Shown here: positions 39,125 through 49,081 of the stretch, in pieces
Numbering within the stretch: position 1 is the first letter of the stretch
How the letters are laid out: each line of letters starts with the position of its first letter
Virus record (IMG/VR): IMGVR_UViG_3300028048_002585
DNA length: 64,000 nt
Strand: one strand, 5' to 3'
From: an uncultured virus (IMG/VR IMGVR_UViG_3300028048_002585)
Lineage: Duplodnaviria; Heunggongvirae; Uroviricota; Caudoviricetes
The notes under the pieces: generated by a model
Seen by the model: only the letters and a program-made list of their open reading frames with translations
Databases searched by the model: none
What the model was told of the DNA's origin: nothing
Made by a program: the position numbers and the translations under genes

Positions 39125-40171
39125 TTATGAAAAATCACTTAATGCCTCGTCAGTAAGTTCCTCTATCTTGTATATTTCGTTTCCTTTTACAAATACACCA
39201 TTTTCTATACTGAATACACTCTTATCATAGTTGTTTTCTTCTTCAGGACCAAAGTCCTTGATCTTATTAAGTGCTTCTTCTATGGCTTTGTCAGTTTCAT
39301 ATAATTCCATAGGCGTTTTATATCTAGTTATACAAATTACTGCTTCATTTTTTTTGTCCTCAATGACGTCTTCAATGATTACTGCTCCAAGTTGGTTTAT
39401 TGTTTTCATTGAAGGCTTAATGATTTTATTTTTTAGTCGGGACACATATTGAAGACTTTTCGGCAAGCAAAATGATTTGCAGGTCTGAACAAGTTCAAAG
39501 GGTATATTATATAATTTCTTGTCAAGGTCTTCTGTCAGTTTGATGTAGCTCTTCTTTATTTCATCGTCATAATTTTTATATTCTTTTCCATATCTTGCAC
39601 GGAATTGTTTGATTTCCTGACCTCGTTCCTTATCCATTTGGGCTTTTATATTCATATATACTCTTTGAGGATATTTACCTCTTAATCGAAGTACGTATTG
39701 TCCGGGATTTTTTGTAAAATTGTATTTTTTGTTTACTAGAAAGGGCATTAGTCTTTCGTCTATCTCTACAACAGCAAAACGATTATTTGGATTAACAAAT
39801 TCAGTTCGGCGCAGGATAAAACGCAAATCCGTAAATGAATTGTTAGGTCTTAAAATCTCTATGTTTTTAATTGTGAGCATTTTGATAGCATTGGATATTT
39901 CATTATATGATTCACCGTTTCTTGGCATGCCGGTTGATGCACAGAATCTTTTAAATGTGATGGGATATATTGTTCTATAGATAGGATTCCCAGCTTCATC
40001 ATAGTCAACTTTCGAATCTACATTCATTGCAAGATAATGTACAATCTTTAGTTCTACCTCTCCGAAGTCGTATGATCCATAAAATATAAAATCATTATGA
40101 AGTTCTACATCTCTCTTATAGAGGGTAGCTATGTCATACATTTTATCATTTTCATTAATTTTCTTTTCCAT
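39125..40171 (-). CDS. Rep_3-family plasmid replication initiator (copy C, iteron-associated)
   Basis: HNDFI..YDFGEVELKIV, LMPFL, LRGKYPQRVY, IIKPSMKTIN; iterons on both sides. Confidence 0.85.
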   Translation of the reverse strand: MEKKINENDKMYDIATLYKRDVELHNDFIFYGSYDFGEVELKIVHYLAMNVDSKVDYDEAGNPIYRTIYPITFKRFCASTGMPRNGESYNEISNAIKMLTIKNIEILRPNNSFTDLRFILRRTEFVNPNNRFAVVEIDERLMPFLVNKKYNFTKNPGQYVLRLRGKYPQRVYMNIKAQMDKERGQEIKQFRARYGKEYKNYDDEIKKSYIKLTEDLDKKLYNIPFELVQTCKSFCLPKSLQYVSRLKNKIIKPSMKTINQLGAVIIEDVIEDKKNEAVICITRYKTPMELYETDKAIEEALNKIKDFGPEEENNYDKSVFSIENGVFVKGNEIYKIEELTDEALSDFS

Positions 40172-40198
40172 ATGTAGTATCCTTTTAACGTGATTGCT

Positions 40199-40325
40199 TT
40201 GATGGTTTAGTACAATATCTTTGATGGTTTAGTACAATATCTTTGATGATTTAGTACAAGGTTCTTGACGGTTTGGTACAAGATTCTTGACGGTTTAGTA
40301 CAAGATTCTTGACGGTTTAGTACAA
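40199..40325 (+). repeat. Six 22-bp-period iterons (likely replication origin)
   Basis: TTGAYGRTTTRGTACAA at 40199, 40221, 40243, 40265, 40287, 40309. Confidence 0.9.
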
Positions 40326-40560
40326 CCCTATTTTTTTGATGCCTGTATTTATTGGATTTACGCAATTTTGTCCTCTACAACATATAAACGTTTTAACATT
40401 ACTAACGTATTATATAACGGTCAATTAAACAGGCCGAACTCTACAATCCCTGATTTGAACCTCTATATATATTATGTATAACTTTCGTTTAAAATCGCCC
40501 AAAAACAGCTTTTGCTGATTTATGTACGAATTTATACATAATGTATTTAGGAGGTGTGAT

Positions 40561-41178
40561 ATGATTCCAATGTATCCAGTATCGGTATTCAGCACTAAAG
40601 AGCTGAGCCATAGAAACAGAAGAAAGCTTGCCTCATTCGGTCTGATTTGGGATGGGGTAGAGTATTCGGGCATCGTCAGGGAGAAAACTCTTCACAGAAT
40701 CAAGAAATACTGTTCAATTCATAAATACCGTTTCCGCATAGAAAATAATCTCGGACGGAGAGGAAGTGATTACAGGCGAAGATACTTTATCATGAATAAG
40801 CCTGTCTTCCGTGACAAGTATATCTGTGTATATTGTGGCAAACTGCTCAAAAAAGATGATGTGACAATCGACCATCTTTATCCCATAGGAAAGGCGTCCA
40901 AGAGCATCAGCTATCAGAAGAAACTCAACCGAAGAGGATTGAAGAATATAAATGACGGAAAAAATCTCGTGTCTGCCTGCTATAAATGCAATGCACTTAA
41001 AGGGACAGACACGGGTATCTGGATCCTTAAGGGGAAGATAGGTCTTATCTACCCTCTATGGATAGTGAGATATTTTTTCCGTCTGGTAATCATAGTATCA
41101 GCCTTCGTTATGCTCTGGTGGCTCTGGCGGTATTATGATGTTTCATCACTTATCGGCAGATTCATGCATCCCTTTTAA
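40561..41178 (+). CDS. HNH endonuclease-domain protein with C-terminal TM helix
   Basis: CVYCG, TIDHLYP, NLVSACYKCNALKG; hydrophobic C-terminus. Confidence 0.8.
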   Translation: MIPMYPVSVFSTKELSHRNRRKLASFGLIWDGVEYSGIVREKTLHRIKKYCSIHKYRFRIENNLGRRGSDYRRRYFIMNKPVFRDKYICVYCGKLLKKDDVTIDHLYPIGKASKSISYQKKLNRRGLKNINDGKNLVSACYKCNALKGTDTGIWILKGKIGLIYPLWIVRYFFRLVIIVSAFVMLWWLWRYYDVSSLIGRFMHPF

Positions 41179-41471
41179 AGAGTGGAAGGGAAGTCCGTGT
41201 CGATTTCCGGGATGTCTATGGTATCGACTGTGCTGTAATTGTGCATGATATGGGAAATCTCCCTTATCTTGTCGTCCTTCAGTGCAATTTCCCTTACTGC
41301 AGGGAATATACCTTCCTGTATATATTTGGTTCCATTTTCACCGTTCTGAACTGCAAATACTGCAAAAAACGGGATATTACTTTCCTTACACAGATTAGTC
41401 AGGGTATCGAGAGACTCTTTGATTTTCTCATTAAATTCTTCTGTTTTGTCGTAACTTACAATGTTTGACAT
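41175..41471 (-). CDS. Hypothetical protein
   Basis: AAGGAG RBS; last gene of the minus-strand operon. Confidence 0.65.
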   Translation of the reverse strand: MSNIVSYDKTEEFNEKIKESLDTLTNLCKESNIPFFAVFAVQNGENGTKYIQEGIFPAVREIALKDDKIREISHIMHNYSTVDTIDIPEIDTDFPSTL

Positions 41472-41500
41472 GTTATATTCTCCTTTGTTATATATATTTT

Positions 41501-42304
41501 TTAAAACTCTTCGACCATCTGATCAAGCATATCGACGGATCCGCTGCCATACTGTGGCATTTCAGCTCCGGCTGTCTGACGGATATATGAAGACGTGGAA
41601 GGAATATCCGAAATAGCGGATATTATACCATCCATAAGATTGTCTGATGTCGCAGCGGGCTTCTGTAAGCCCGGCTGTGTCTTAAAAGGTATGATGCTGG
41701 CCTCATTCTGGGGCATCGGCTTTACATTATTTTCAGCAATTTCTTCATAAGACTCTGGGATAGAGCCTGTTATGTTCAGCTCTGGAGAAACGGGATTTTC
41801 TATCTTGTCTATTTCACCACGGCTATCAAGCTCACGATAGTTTCGGCTCTTTTTCTTCTTCTCCTCATGATCCTTTACCATATCGGGGAATGAAATGCTC
41901 TTCTTTGAGGCGGGAATATCTATAAGATCGTATGACGAAGAATCTAACGAATCTATGTATGTTTTTTCCGCAATAACATCCTCATTTTTCGTGAAAAAAA
42001 CTGATAACGACTGGGTGAGAAGACAGGAGCGTATGAGAGTCTTGATGAACTGTGTTCTCTTGCCTCGTTTGATACTCTGCAGAAGACGGATGGCCTTCTT
42101 ATCTTTAGTCACAAAGTCTGACCTGCCGGATCTGTTTTCGGGAATATCGAGAAGCCTGCAATCAGGCAGAGACATTTTGATATGTCTGCCGTTCGCATAT
42201 GACTCTAATGCCTGTTTTGCAAGTTTCGATATGGATACGCCCATGGTCTGCAGAGCAATAAGGTCCGTGTCATGATTTTTATATAACCTTAAACTCTGTC
42301 GCAT
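41501..42304 (-). CDS. Putative ParR-like adaptor (ribbon-helix-helix-like N-terminus, disordered tail)
   Basis: Directly after the ParM-like gene; two RHH-like segments (SLRL..HDTDLI..ISKLAKQAL; AIRLLQSI..RTQFIKTLIR). Confidence 0.5.
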   Translation of the reverse strand: MRQSLRLYKNHDTDLIALQTMGVSISKLAKQALESYANGRHIKMSLPDCRLLDIPENRSGRSDFVTKDKKAIRLLQSIKRGKRTQFIKTLIRSCLLTQSLSVFFTKNEDVIAEKTYIDSLDSSSYDLIDIPASKKSISFPDMVKDHEEKKKKSRNYRELDSRGEIDKIENPVSPELNITGSIPESYEEIAENNVKPMPQNEASIIPFKTQPGLQKPAATSDNLMDGIISAISDIPSTSSYIRQTAGAEMPQYGSGSVDMLDQMVEEF

Positions 42305-42307
42305 ATG

Positions 42308-43507
42308 TTATGCCTCCTTTTTTTCGGGCTCGGTAAAGGAGAGTGGTCCGAATGTGCTCTCAAGTGATGAACAGCGGTACATGTAATAACCTCTTACATT
42401 TGCAAAAATGGTTGAAAGAGAAGTATCGCTCTGATTACCGGAAATGATGGTAAGGGTTGCCATATTCTTGAATACTTCCTTTATTTCTCTTTCCCAAGCA
42501 GCACCTGTTCCGCCAGTCACTATAAGATAATCTATCTCGTGAATAGGATATATCTGTGTCATCTTCTCAATCGCAAGATTGCATACTGTTCTTGAAGACT
42601 CTTCAAGAAGATCAGCAAAAGGCTCATCCTTTGTGGAATATGTTCTTCTGTCAAACGTCCTTACGGTACCGCTTTCGAGATACTTCTGCATATCCGTTAC
42701 AGAGAAGGATACTCCGTACTTCTTGTTGATTTTATCTATGGTGTCCTGAAATACCCTCTTCATACCAAGGCTTGAGAATGTCTCTGAATTCTTTACGGAG
42801 TGATTTGAGATATAGAATAAATCGAATGTTCCAAATCCTGCATCAAATACAAGAATATTCTTATTGAGTTCGTTTTGGGAAAAATGCGAGAATTTGTTCT
42901 TGCTGTCCTTGAAAGCGGAGTAAAGTGTTCCCATAGGCTGCATTATTATATTTATGTCCGATGAATCCAGCTCAAAATTAAACTCCTGCGGTGCTTTGCT
43001 TCCTATCTTGACAGAGAAGTGATGGGAGCCGGCAAGAACATCTCTTAAATCCCTGCTGTCTGCCTGAGCATACTTTGGCGGAAGGCCTGTCTGAATGACG
43101 AGCTTACGGCTTCCGATCTGTCCATGTCTGTTCGGCATCATTCCGAGAGCGATTCCGACACGGGCACATACCTTATATTCAGGTGAATAGTATCTGTTTC
43201 TTCCGTAAAGTGCCTCATCTGATTCAATGGCATCATTGTATGTTGAATCCAGCTGCGCGTGGCTTCCTACAAGCCATGTTTCTCCTGTTTCAAGATCCTT
43301 ATATGTAATGTGATCAGACGGAAGATCTCCGATGGTTCCTCTGTCAACGTACTGCTTTGCAAAGAAAGGGACGGAAGCAACGCATAAAGGACTCATAACC
43401 TTTACTGCTGAATATCCGATATCGATTGCTACTGGAAATATGCCCTGGATCTGTCCGTTCTGTCTCGGCTCATATATAGTTCGTGTCTTAAAACTTTTGG
43501 TTTCCAT
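42308..43507 (-). CDS. parM: ParM/StbA actin-like ATPase
   Basis: AIDIGYSAVK, TGLP, QPMG, VFDAGFGTFD, VTGGTG, ANVRGY. Confidence 0.88.
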   Translation of the reverse strand: METKSFKTRTIYEPRQNGQIQGIFPVAIDIGYSAVKVMSPLCVASVPFFAKQYVDRGTIGDLPSDHITYKDLETGETWLVGSHAQLDSTYNDAIESDEALYGRNRYYSPEYKVCARVGIALGMMPNRHGQIGSRKLVIQTGLPPKYAQADSRDLRDVLAGSHHFSVKIGSKAPQEFNFELDSSDINIIMQPMGTLYSAFKDSKNKFSHFSQNELNKNILVFDAGFGTFDLFYISNHSVKNSETFSSLGMKRVFQDTIDKINKKYGVSFSVTDMQKYLESGTVRTFDRRTYSTKDEPFADLLEESSRTVCNLAIEKMTQIYPIHEIDYLIVTGGTGAAWEREIKEVFKNMATLTIISGNQSDTSLSTIFANVRGYYMYRCSSLESTFGPLSFTEPEKKEA

Positions 43508-43511
43508 ATAT

Positions 43512-43835
43512 TTAATCCTCCTTTATTGAATCCGTTATGTATTTGACTATATCTATATGATTGTTTAAGGCTTTTAATTTTATTTCTTCGAGGTCTTCCC
43601 TTTGCTCACTGTGAACCTGCAGATGTTTTATTATTATCTGATATAGGGCGAGCGTCACTTCTTCCGGTTTTGTTACGCAAGCCTGTTTTAACATTTCAAC
43701 AATCGGTTCGGTGAGATTCATAACTGCCGAGTCAATTGTGTTGAACTTTTGAGAAAGCTTTTTTCTTTGCTCTTCAGTCAGTCCGTTATCCTTATCATGA
43801 TTGGCGATGTCGCTGAAGTCTATGATTTCGGTCAT
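43512..43835 (-). CDS. Hypothetical protein
   Basis: 107-aa ORF in operon; AAGGAG RBS. Confidence 0.7.
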   Translation of the reverse strand: MTEIIDFSDIANHDKDNGLTEEQRKKLSQKFNTIDSAVMNLTEPIVEMLKQACVTKPEEVTLALYQIIIKHLQVHSEQREDLEEIKLKALNNHIDIVKYITDSIKED

Positions 43836-43855
43836 GATAGTCTCCTTTATTTTTT

Positions 43856-44557
43856 TTATTGTTCGGTGGTTTCTTCTGTCGATTTTATCTCTTTGATCTT
43901 CTGTACATCTTTTTCGAGGTTCTGTTTTGCTTCTCTGTAGTCGATCATCAGATCAGCTGTTGCAATGCCGGTAATATCGTCAAGGTGTACAGGGCCGTAA
44001 TCTCTTGAATCATTGGAATTGTTTCGGTTATCGCCCAGACAATAGTATTCATCATTTCCGAGAACTATTTCGTCTTCAGGATAGTTTGTCATTTTTTCAA
44101 AATCGTCATTCAGTTTTTCTCCATTGATATATACATAGCCATCCTTGAAAGAGATTGTTTCTCCGGGAAGTCCGACAATCCTTTTTATCAGAGGCTTTCC
44201 ATCTACCTTAAAACAGATGACGACTCCCCGTTTCAGATAGGATGGTATGATTTTTGTCGTTGTTCTGAGTATTTCACCGTTATGAAGTGTCGGCTCCATG
44301 GAAGAACCTGTTACGACGACTGGATGAAACATAACTCGCGCGATTATCATGGCTATCGCAGCAAGTAGTGCAACGGCAACAATGCACCGAAGCATTTTTC
44401 TTGAAGTGTCTCTTATTTTTGGAGGCGGGATGTTTCCGCCTCTCAACTGATGGAGTCTCGCATTGGAAAAATTGTCTCTTTTTGCACCGAAACTTCCTTC
44501 ATCCGTGTTTTCTTCAATCCATTTTTCAATTTGTTCTATAAATTCTTTGTCGTCCAT
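43856..44557 (-). CDS. lepB: Signal peptidase I
   Basis: TM, GSSMEPTL, IKRIVGLPGE, GDNRNNSNDSR. Confidence 0.92.
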   Translation of the reverse strand: MDDKEFIEQIEKWIEENTDEGSFGAKRDNFSNARLHQLRGGNIPPPKIRDTSRKMLRCIVAVALLAAIAMIIARVMFHPVVVTGSSMEPTLHNGEILRTTTKIIPSYLKRGVVICFKVDGKPLIKRIVGLPGETISFKDGYVYINGEKLNDDFEKMTNYPEDEIVLGNDEYYCLGDNRNNSNDSRDYGPVHLDDITGIATADLMIDYREAKQNLEKDVQKIKEIKSTEETTEQ

Positions 44558-44575
44558 ATTCCTCACTTTGCATAC

Positions 44576-44742
44576 TGACGTATATGTTCTTTGATAATAT
44601 CACTCTAAAACATATTGACGTATATTGCAATACTAATTTTTGTATTTCCGTCAATTTCTTTGACGCTGATTTTGACGTCACTATATCTGACGTATTTTCG
44701 TTTCATATGTATTATGTATAAATTATGTGTGCTTAAAAAAAA
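44576..44742. promoter_or_regulatory. Operon control region: CGTCA-N7-TGACG palindromes plus class-2 (44630-44602, minus) and class-1 (44710-44742, minus) promoters
   Basis: Palindromes at 44649 and 44676; TTGCAA-17-TAGAGT; TATTATG 44710 with A-tract 44735. Confidence 0.7.
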
Positions 44743-44889
44743 GAGCATTAATGTGGAGTAGTTTAAACTGATATTTTATGGGTGGAATGTCTTTTCATGT
44801 GTTTTTTTGCAACAGTTTTTACTTTTTATACATAATATATATGACAGGAAATTCTTGAGAAGGAGAGCGGCTCTGCCGCAGACAAGCTT

Positions 44890-45651
44890 ATGATTAATAA
44901 GGTTAAAGTCATTGGAACACTGGTCGGGACAGGAAGAGGGTTTCTCGGTTATAACGAGATAATCGTCCGGATCGAAAAGAGGGGTCAGAAGAAATACAAT
45001 GTAAGCCTCGTTCTTGAAGAAACACTCACTCCTGACGTAGTTGTAGGAGCTAAGGTGGAGATTGACGGCATAGTAAGGGCTGTCAGAATGTCAGACCTTG
45101 ATGGTAAGACAAAAGTAGTACAGTATCTCGCTGCACGTTCAGTGAGGATATCCCATGAAAAGTCCTCTCTTCAGAAAGAATATGGGATTGTTTCATATAA
45201 TAAGAAGAATGATGATTTTACCATCATTCTTGAAGGACTGGTAAGAGAAGTCAGATCCTACGGAAAACCAAATCAGATGCTGATCATGGAAATCGAAGAC
45301 GAAAAGAGGAGGCGGGGAACGGTTTCGGTATTAGCCGATACAAAAGATATCCCTTATCTCCGGGGTATGATCCATGAAAGGGATACAGTGATCGTATCAG
45401 CCATCACTCAGGCGTCTCCCGATGCAAAGCCGTTTGTCATGAAAAAAGATATCGGCGTAAAGTTGTATATCGATGATATTGGAATTAAAAAGAGAGCAAA
45501 GAAAAAGGATACTTCTTCCCAATCGAAGGCAAAGGAAGTGAAGATGAATCCAAAGAGGTCGGTAGAGCTTCCTATTGAGATCCTGCCACCTGAAGATGAT
45601 CAGCCAAATACAGATAATAACGAATCAGATTTTGATAATATATTTGAATAA
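44890..45651 (+). CDS. Putative tandem OB-fold ssDNA-binding protein
   Basis: Two repeats (NKVKVIG..GAKVEIDG; FTIILEG..DTVIVSA) and an acidic tail ending DNIFE. Confidence 0.45.
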   Translation: MINKVKVIGTLVGTGRGFLGYNEIIVRIEKRGQKKYNVSLVLEETLTPDVVVGAKVEIDGIVRAVRMSDLDGKTKVVQYLAARSVRISHEKSSLQKEYGIVSYNKKNDDFTIILEGLVREVRSYGKPNQMLIMEIEDEKRRRGTVSVLADTKDIPYLRGMIHERDTVIVSAITQASPDAKPFVMKKDIGVKLYIDDIGIKKRAKKKDTSSQSKAKEVKMNPKRSVELPIEILPPEDDQPNTDNNESDFDNIFE

Positions 45652-45706
45652 TCCTGTCAACCCGCCATTTGTGGCGGGTTTTTTATTAATTAATTAATTT
45701 TTATTA

Positions 45707-45735
45707 TTGATATATACGTCAATATGTATTAAAAT
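45707..45735 (+). promoter_or_regulatory. Class-2 promoter TTGATA-TATACGTCAA..-TAAAAT
   Basis: 17-bp spacer; follows the terminator at 45659-45684. Confidence 0.7.
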
Positions 45736-45786
45736 AGATTTAGATAAAGATAAAAAACATTCGCCTTGATAATCGGAGGATATGTC

Positions 45787-45933
45787 ATGAGTGGAGAAAT
45801 CGTTATTAGGGATTTACCTGAATGGCTTCAGAACATGATCTACAAGAAGCTTATTGGAAGGATGTCTTCGTTAGATGCGGAGAGCTATATGAACGGTACG
45901 ATTGATAACCTGAATGAAATATTTGGAAGATAA
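45787..45933 (+). CDS. 48-aa small protein (MSGEIVIRDLPEW...), not in the ORF track
   Basis: GGAGG RBS, open frame, first gene after a class-2 promoter. Confidence 0.6.
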   Translation: MSGEIVIRDLPEWLQNMIYKKLIGRMSSLDAESYMNGTIDNLNEIFGR

Positions 45934-45951
45934 AAAAGAGGGGAGATTACT

Positions 45952-46896
45952 ATGGAAAACAATAAGGTTTTAAAGGGCTGTGAGGACCCGAAGGGTATAT
46001 TTTCGGCATTTCGAGAGGATGGCAGAAGTATTCATGTAGAGGCACATTTTTCACCTGCTGCTCCTGAAGATAATGAACATCCTCTGAAGGTGTTCGGAAG
46101 ACTTTCAAGATTAAAATTCACTATCATTGATAAGAAAGATACAAAAAAGAAATACTGTGAAGCAAGTGTACAGTATGACAAGATAGCTAACATGCGCAAA
46201 ACCGGAGATTATGCATTTAACAAGATAATGGATGCAAAATCATCCGTTGTATCGACCGAAACGAGTCCTGCTTATACGGTAAGGATGACCAATGGTCCTT
46301 TTAGGGGGATGACGCCTGCTGAGATAATGAGCAACCCGGGAAACAAGGATACTCTCAACAAGCACTATGCTTTTCTCGATGAAAACTGCAGTAAGTATCC
46401 TAATAACAAAAAGCAGATGGATGCGATAATGGATGCTGCAAATCTTATGAAAGAAGGAAAGCTCAAGACGGTGGTCAACGCGAACAGTTTTGTTACGATT
46501 CTTGAGGCTGTTCCGCTCCCACAGATATACAGAGACGGCGTAGTCTTTGATTCCGCTACGAGCAGCTATATCTACCAGAAGAGAGAAGATAAGCTCTGTC
46601 CTGTGAATGAGATAGAGATAGTGTGTGATACGAGCAGGAATTCTCCTTACATAGTGACAATTTCAAATTATTTTGCTCCGGTTGTTAAAAATAAGGAAAA
46701 CGGAAAGCTGAATGCCATAAAGAAGAATATGGCGGATGAAGTGAGATATGTATTCAACCTCACTACAGCTGAATGGAATTCGTTTATGGAATATGAAAAG
46801 ATCGCGGAAGAAATCTTTATTAACACTTATGGCTTCAATATGCAGAAAGAAGCGGAAAAGTGGTTTAAAAAGAACCGTGAAGGAATAATAGCTTAA
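45952..46896 (+). CDS. Hypothetical protein
   Basis: 314-aa ORF with RBS. Confidence 0.75.
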   Translation: MENNKVLKGCEDPKGIFSAFREDGRSIHVEAHFSPAAPEDNEHPLKVFGRLSRLKFTIIDKKDTKKKYCEASVQYDKIANMRKTGDYAFNKIMDAKSSVVSTETSPAYTVRMTNGPFRGMTPAEIMSNPGNKDTLNKHYAFLDENCSKYPNNKKQMDAIMDAANLMKEGKLKTVVNANSFVTILEAVPLPQIYRDGVVFDSATSSYIYQKREDKLCPVNEIEIVCDTSRNSPYIVTISNYFAPVVKNKENGKLNAIKKNMADEVRYVFNLTTAEWNSFMEYEKIAEEIFINTYGFNMQKEAEKWFKKNREGIIA

Positions 46897-46967
46897 AGAG
46901 AATCATTGTCGATCCCCACCCATCTGCGGATGGGGAAAGATAATGGCGTTAAATAAGAGGGATAATT

Positions 46968-47306
46968 ATGGATGATTATATTAGATTCGATTTTACAGAT
47001 AAGCTTCTGACTTTTGTCGCAAGAACGTCGGATTCGTCCGAACAGGCAAAACGCAGCCATTATGATATCCTCTTCTTTAAAGATGAAAAGGGTAACATAT
47101 ATAAATATCCTGCAAGAGTAGATAAGAGAGGACGGGACATGACTGTCTTCGGGAAGTGCTGCCGGAAGGATGATATCGGAGGAAAATACTATGTCTCAGG
47201 ATCGGCAGGACTCATCAGCCTTCCGTTTGACGGCTACGATACGGATGTTTACGAAATATATGAAGCGAGAACAGAGACAAGGTTTGCAGCGGAATGTGCT
47301 GTATAG
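46968..47306 (+). CDS. Hypothetical protein
   Basis: 112-aa ORF with RBS. Confidence 0.65.
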   Translation: MDDYIRFDFTDKLLTFVARTSDSSEQAKRSHYDILFFKDEKGNIYKYPARVDKRGRDMTVFGKCCRKDDIGGKYYVSGSAGLISLPFDGYDTDVYEIYEARTETRFAAECAV

Positions 47307-47552
47307 AAGTTCAACAACGTAAAAACCCGGCATATCGGGAAGTTGGCACCTTCCTGACATAACCGGTTTTTAAATAAGCGGTATATCTCCCCAAGATATC
47401 CGTGGGGGACGGGGTCTTCGGGCTCCGTCCTTCATGCATTTTTATAGATGGATTATATAACTTTTATGTGATTTTGGCAATTTATCAAAACATTTATACA
47501 TAATATATATGGGAGAAGTTTTGTTTTCAAAACATTTCTGGGGAGGTTTTAT

Positions 47553-47774
47553 ATGAGAGATGATGATTTTGAGAAACTGAATAATGAGGCGGGCTTTTCA
47601 AAGAAGAATACGAAATATATCGTATTTACGGCGTTGCTCCTTGTCTATTTTATAGTGATACTCCTGCTCGATTCGCTGGGTATCATATCTGTTTTAGTGA
47701 GAAGGATCCTTATGTACGGGATGTTTCTCGTCATGCTCATTGTATATGCGATTCTTAGAAGAAGGGAGAAATAA
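47553..47774 (+). CDS. Small membrane protein
   Basis: Two TM helices; GGAGG RBS; CATAATA motif at 47499. Confidence 0.7.
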   Translation: MRDDDFEKLNNEAGFSKKNTKYIVFTALLLVYFIVILLLDSLGIISVLVRRILMYGMFLVMLIVYAILRRREK

Positions 47775-47776
47775 AT

Positions 47777-48484
47777 ATGGATGCCTTGAATATATCAAGA
47801 GCCTGTGATTATCTCATGGGCAAGACGAACAGGTACACTCCCAAGACGGTTTCTATCGAGCCCGGTAGGAAATTGAAGGAAAAGGAAATGAAGGCTCTTG
47901 AAGTCATTGCTTTCTTTGTCACGGATTATATGAACTGGACTCCGCTTGATGCTGTTGATCACCTTACAAATGATATAGTTGAATGCTTCGGACTTATGGA
48001 GTTTTTCAAGTATGTGATAATAGATGACAATATGAGAAAAATCGATAAAAATAAGCCTTTGAGCGACATTACAATTAAGTACATCCTCAGCAAGGCATTT
48101 CCCGATGTTGTTATTTTTGACGAGGAAGAGGGTGTCATCGATGTATGGGATGCGGTTCAGAACGGAGATATAACCAAGTGGCCTAGCAAGTTCTTTTCTG
48201 ATGAGAACGGAACGAGAAGGCGAATGATCATCTTTAAGGAGTTTCTCAGGCGCTATATTTCGGTAAACGAAAAGGATCTTTATGAGGAGTTCAAGAAGTC
48301 CGCTGCCATCAATAATGAGTTGAGAAAGAGGAAGCTCTTCTATGTGTTCTCACCATATTATGTACAGCCTATAGATCTGCTGCATGAGTATCTTCAGAAC
48401 GAAGACAGAGAAGACGAGTTCCTTTATGTTCTTTATAAGTACGAAAATATATGTCCGATATCTTTACCGGTCACAAAATGGTAA
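47777..48484 (+). CDS. Hypothetical protein
   Basis: 235-aa ORF coupled to the previous gene. Confidence 0.7.
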   Translation: MDALNISRACDYLMGKTNRYTPKTVSIEPGRKLKEKEMKALEVIAFFVTDYMNWTPLDAVDHLTNDIVECFGLMEFFKYVIIDDNMRKIDKNKPLSDITIKYILSKAFPDVVIFDEEEGVIDVWDAVQNGDITKWPSKFFSDENGTRRRMIIFKEFLRRYISVNEKDLYEEFKKSAAINNELRKRKLFYVFSPYYVQPIDLLHEYLQNEDREDEFLYVLYKYENICPISLPVTKW

Positions 48485-48520
48485 ACAAAAAGGCCGCCTT
48501 TTGAGGACGACCTAAATGTT

Positions 48521-49081
48521 TTAATCAACAAGTTTGATCCTGTCTATGATGGACACGATCAGCGCCTGTTTCTGCTGAAGAGTTCCGGAAGCCGTAAACT
48601 CTTCGTAAGACGAACAGCCTGAAAGGTTTTTCGCCTTGAGTCTCATTTCCTCGTCTATAAGACTGTCGAAGATAATGAGAAATTCGTTTACACCTTTCTC
48701 GTCAAGAGAAAGCGTGTATTCATCTGCGTCAACGGATGAAAAGGTAGAATGTAGAAATTCCTGAAGCATTTGTTCAGCTGATGCACGGTCTGCCACATCC
48801 TTGATTATGTTTTTATCCAGAATGTAACGAATATTTGCATATCCTTTGAGTCCTTTTTCCGAAAGTATCTCGGATATAGACTTACCTGAGCATGAACCAC
48901 AGCCTTCCGGAACGATCGGATCCTCATGGATTACTTCTGCTTTTTCAAGCCTGCTTTCAGGAGCGGTGGCCGGTGACAGAAGACCGGTAAGGAATTCTTC
49001 CATTGATGCGGTGCAGTCATCAATGTAGATGACTACGGAAGTTCCGTCTCGGAACATCCTGATTTTCATACTATTTTCCAT
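48521..49081 (-). CDS. Hypothetical protein
   Basis: AAGGAGG RBS; class-1 module at 49088-49151. Confidence 0.75.
   Translation of the reverse strand: MENSMKIRMFRDGTSVVIYIDDCTASMEEFLTGLLSPATAPESRLEKAEVIHEDPIVPEGCGSCSGKSISEILSEKGLKGYANIRYILDKNIIKDVADRASAEQMLQEFLHSTFSSVDADEYTLSLDEKGVNEFLIIFDSLIDEEMRLKAKNLSGCSSYEEFTASGTLQQKQALIVSIIDRIKLVD

Noticed and set aside
40199..40325. Possible CRISPR array
   Set aside because: The period is only 22 bp with 5-bp non-unique gaps, it lies next to a Rep gene, and there are no cas genes; these are iterons.
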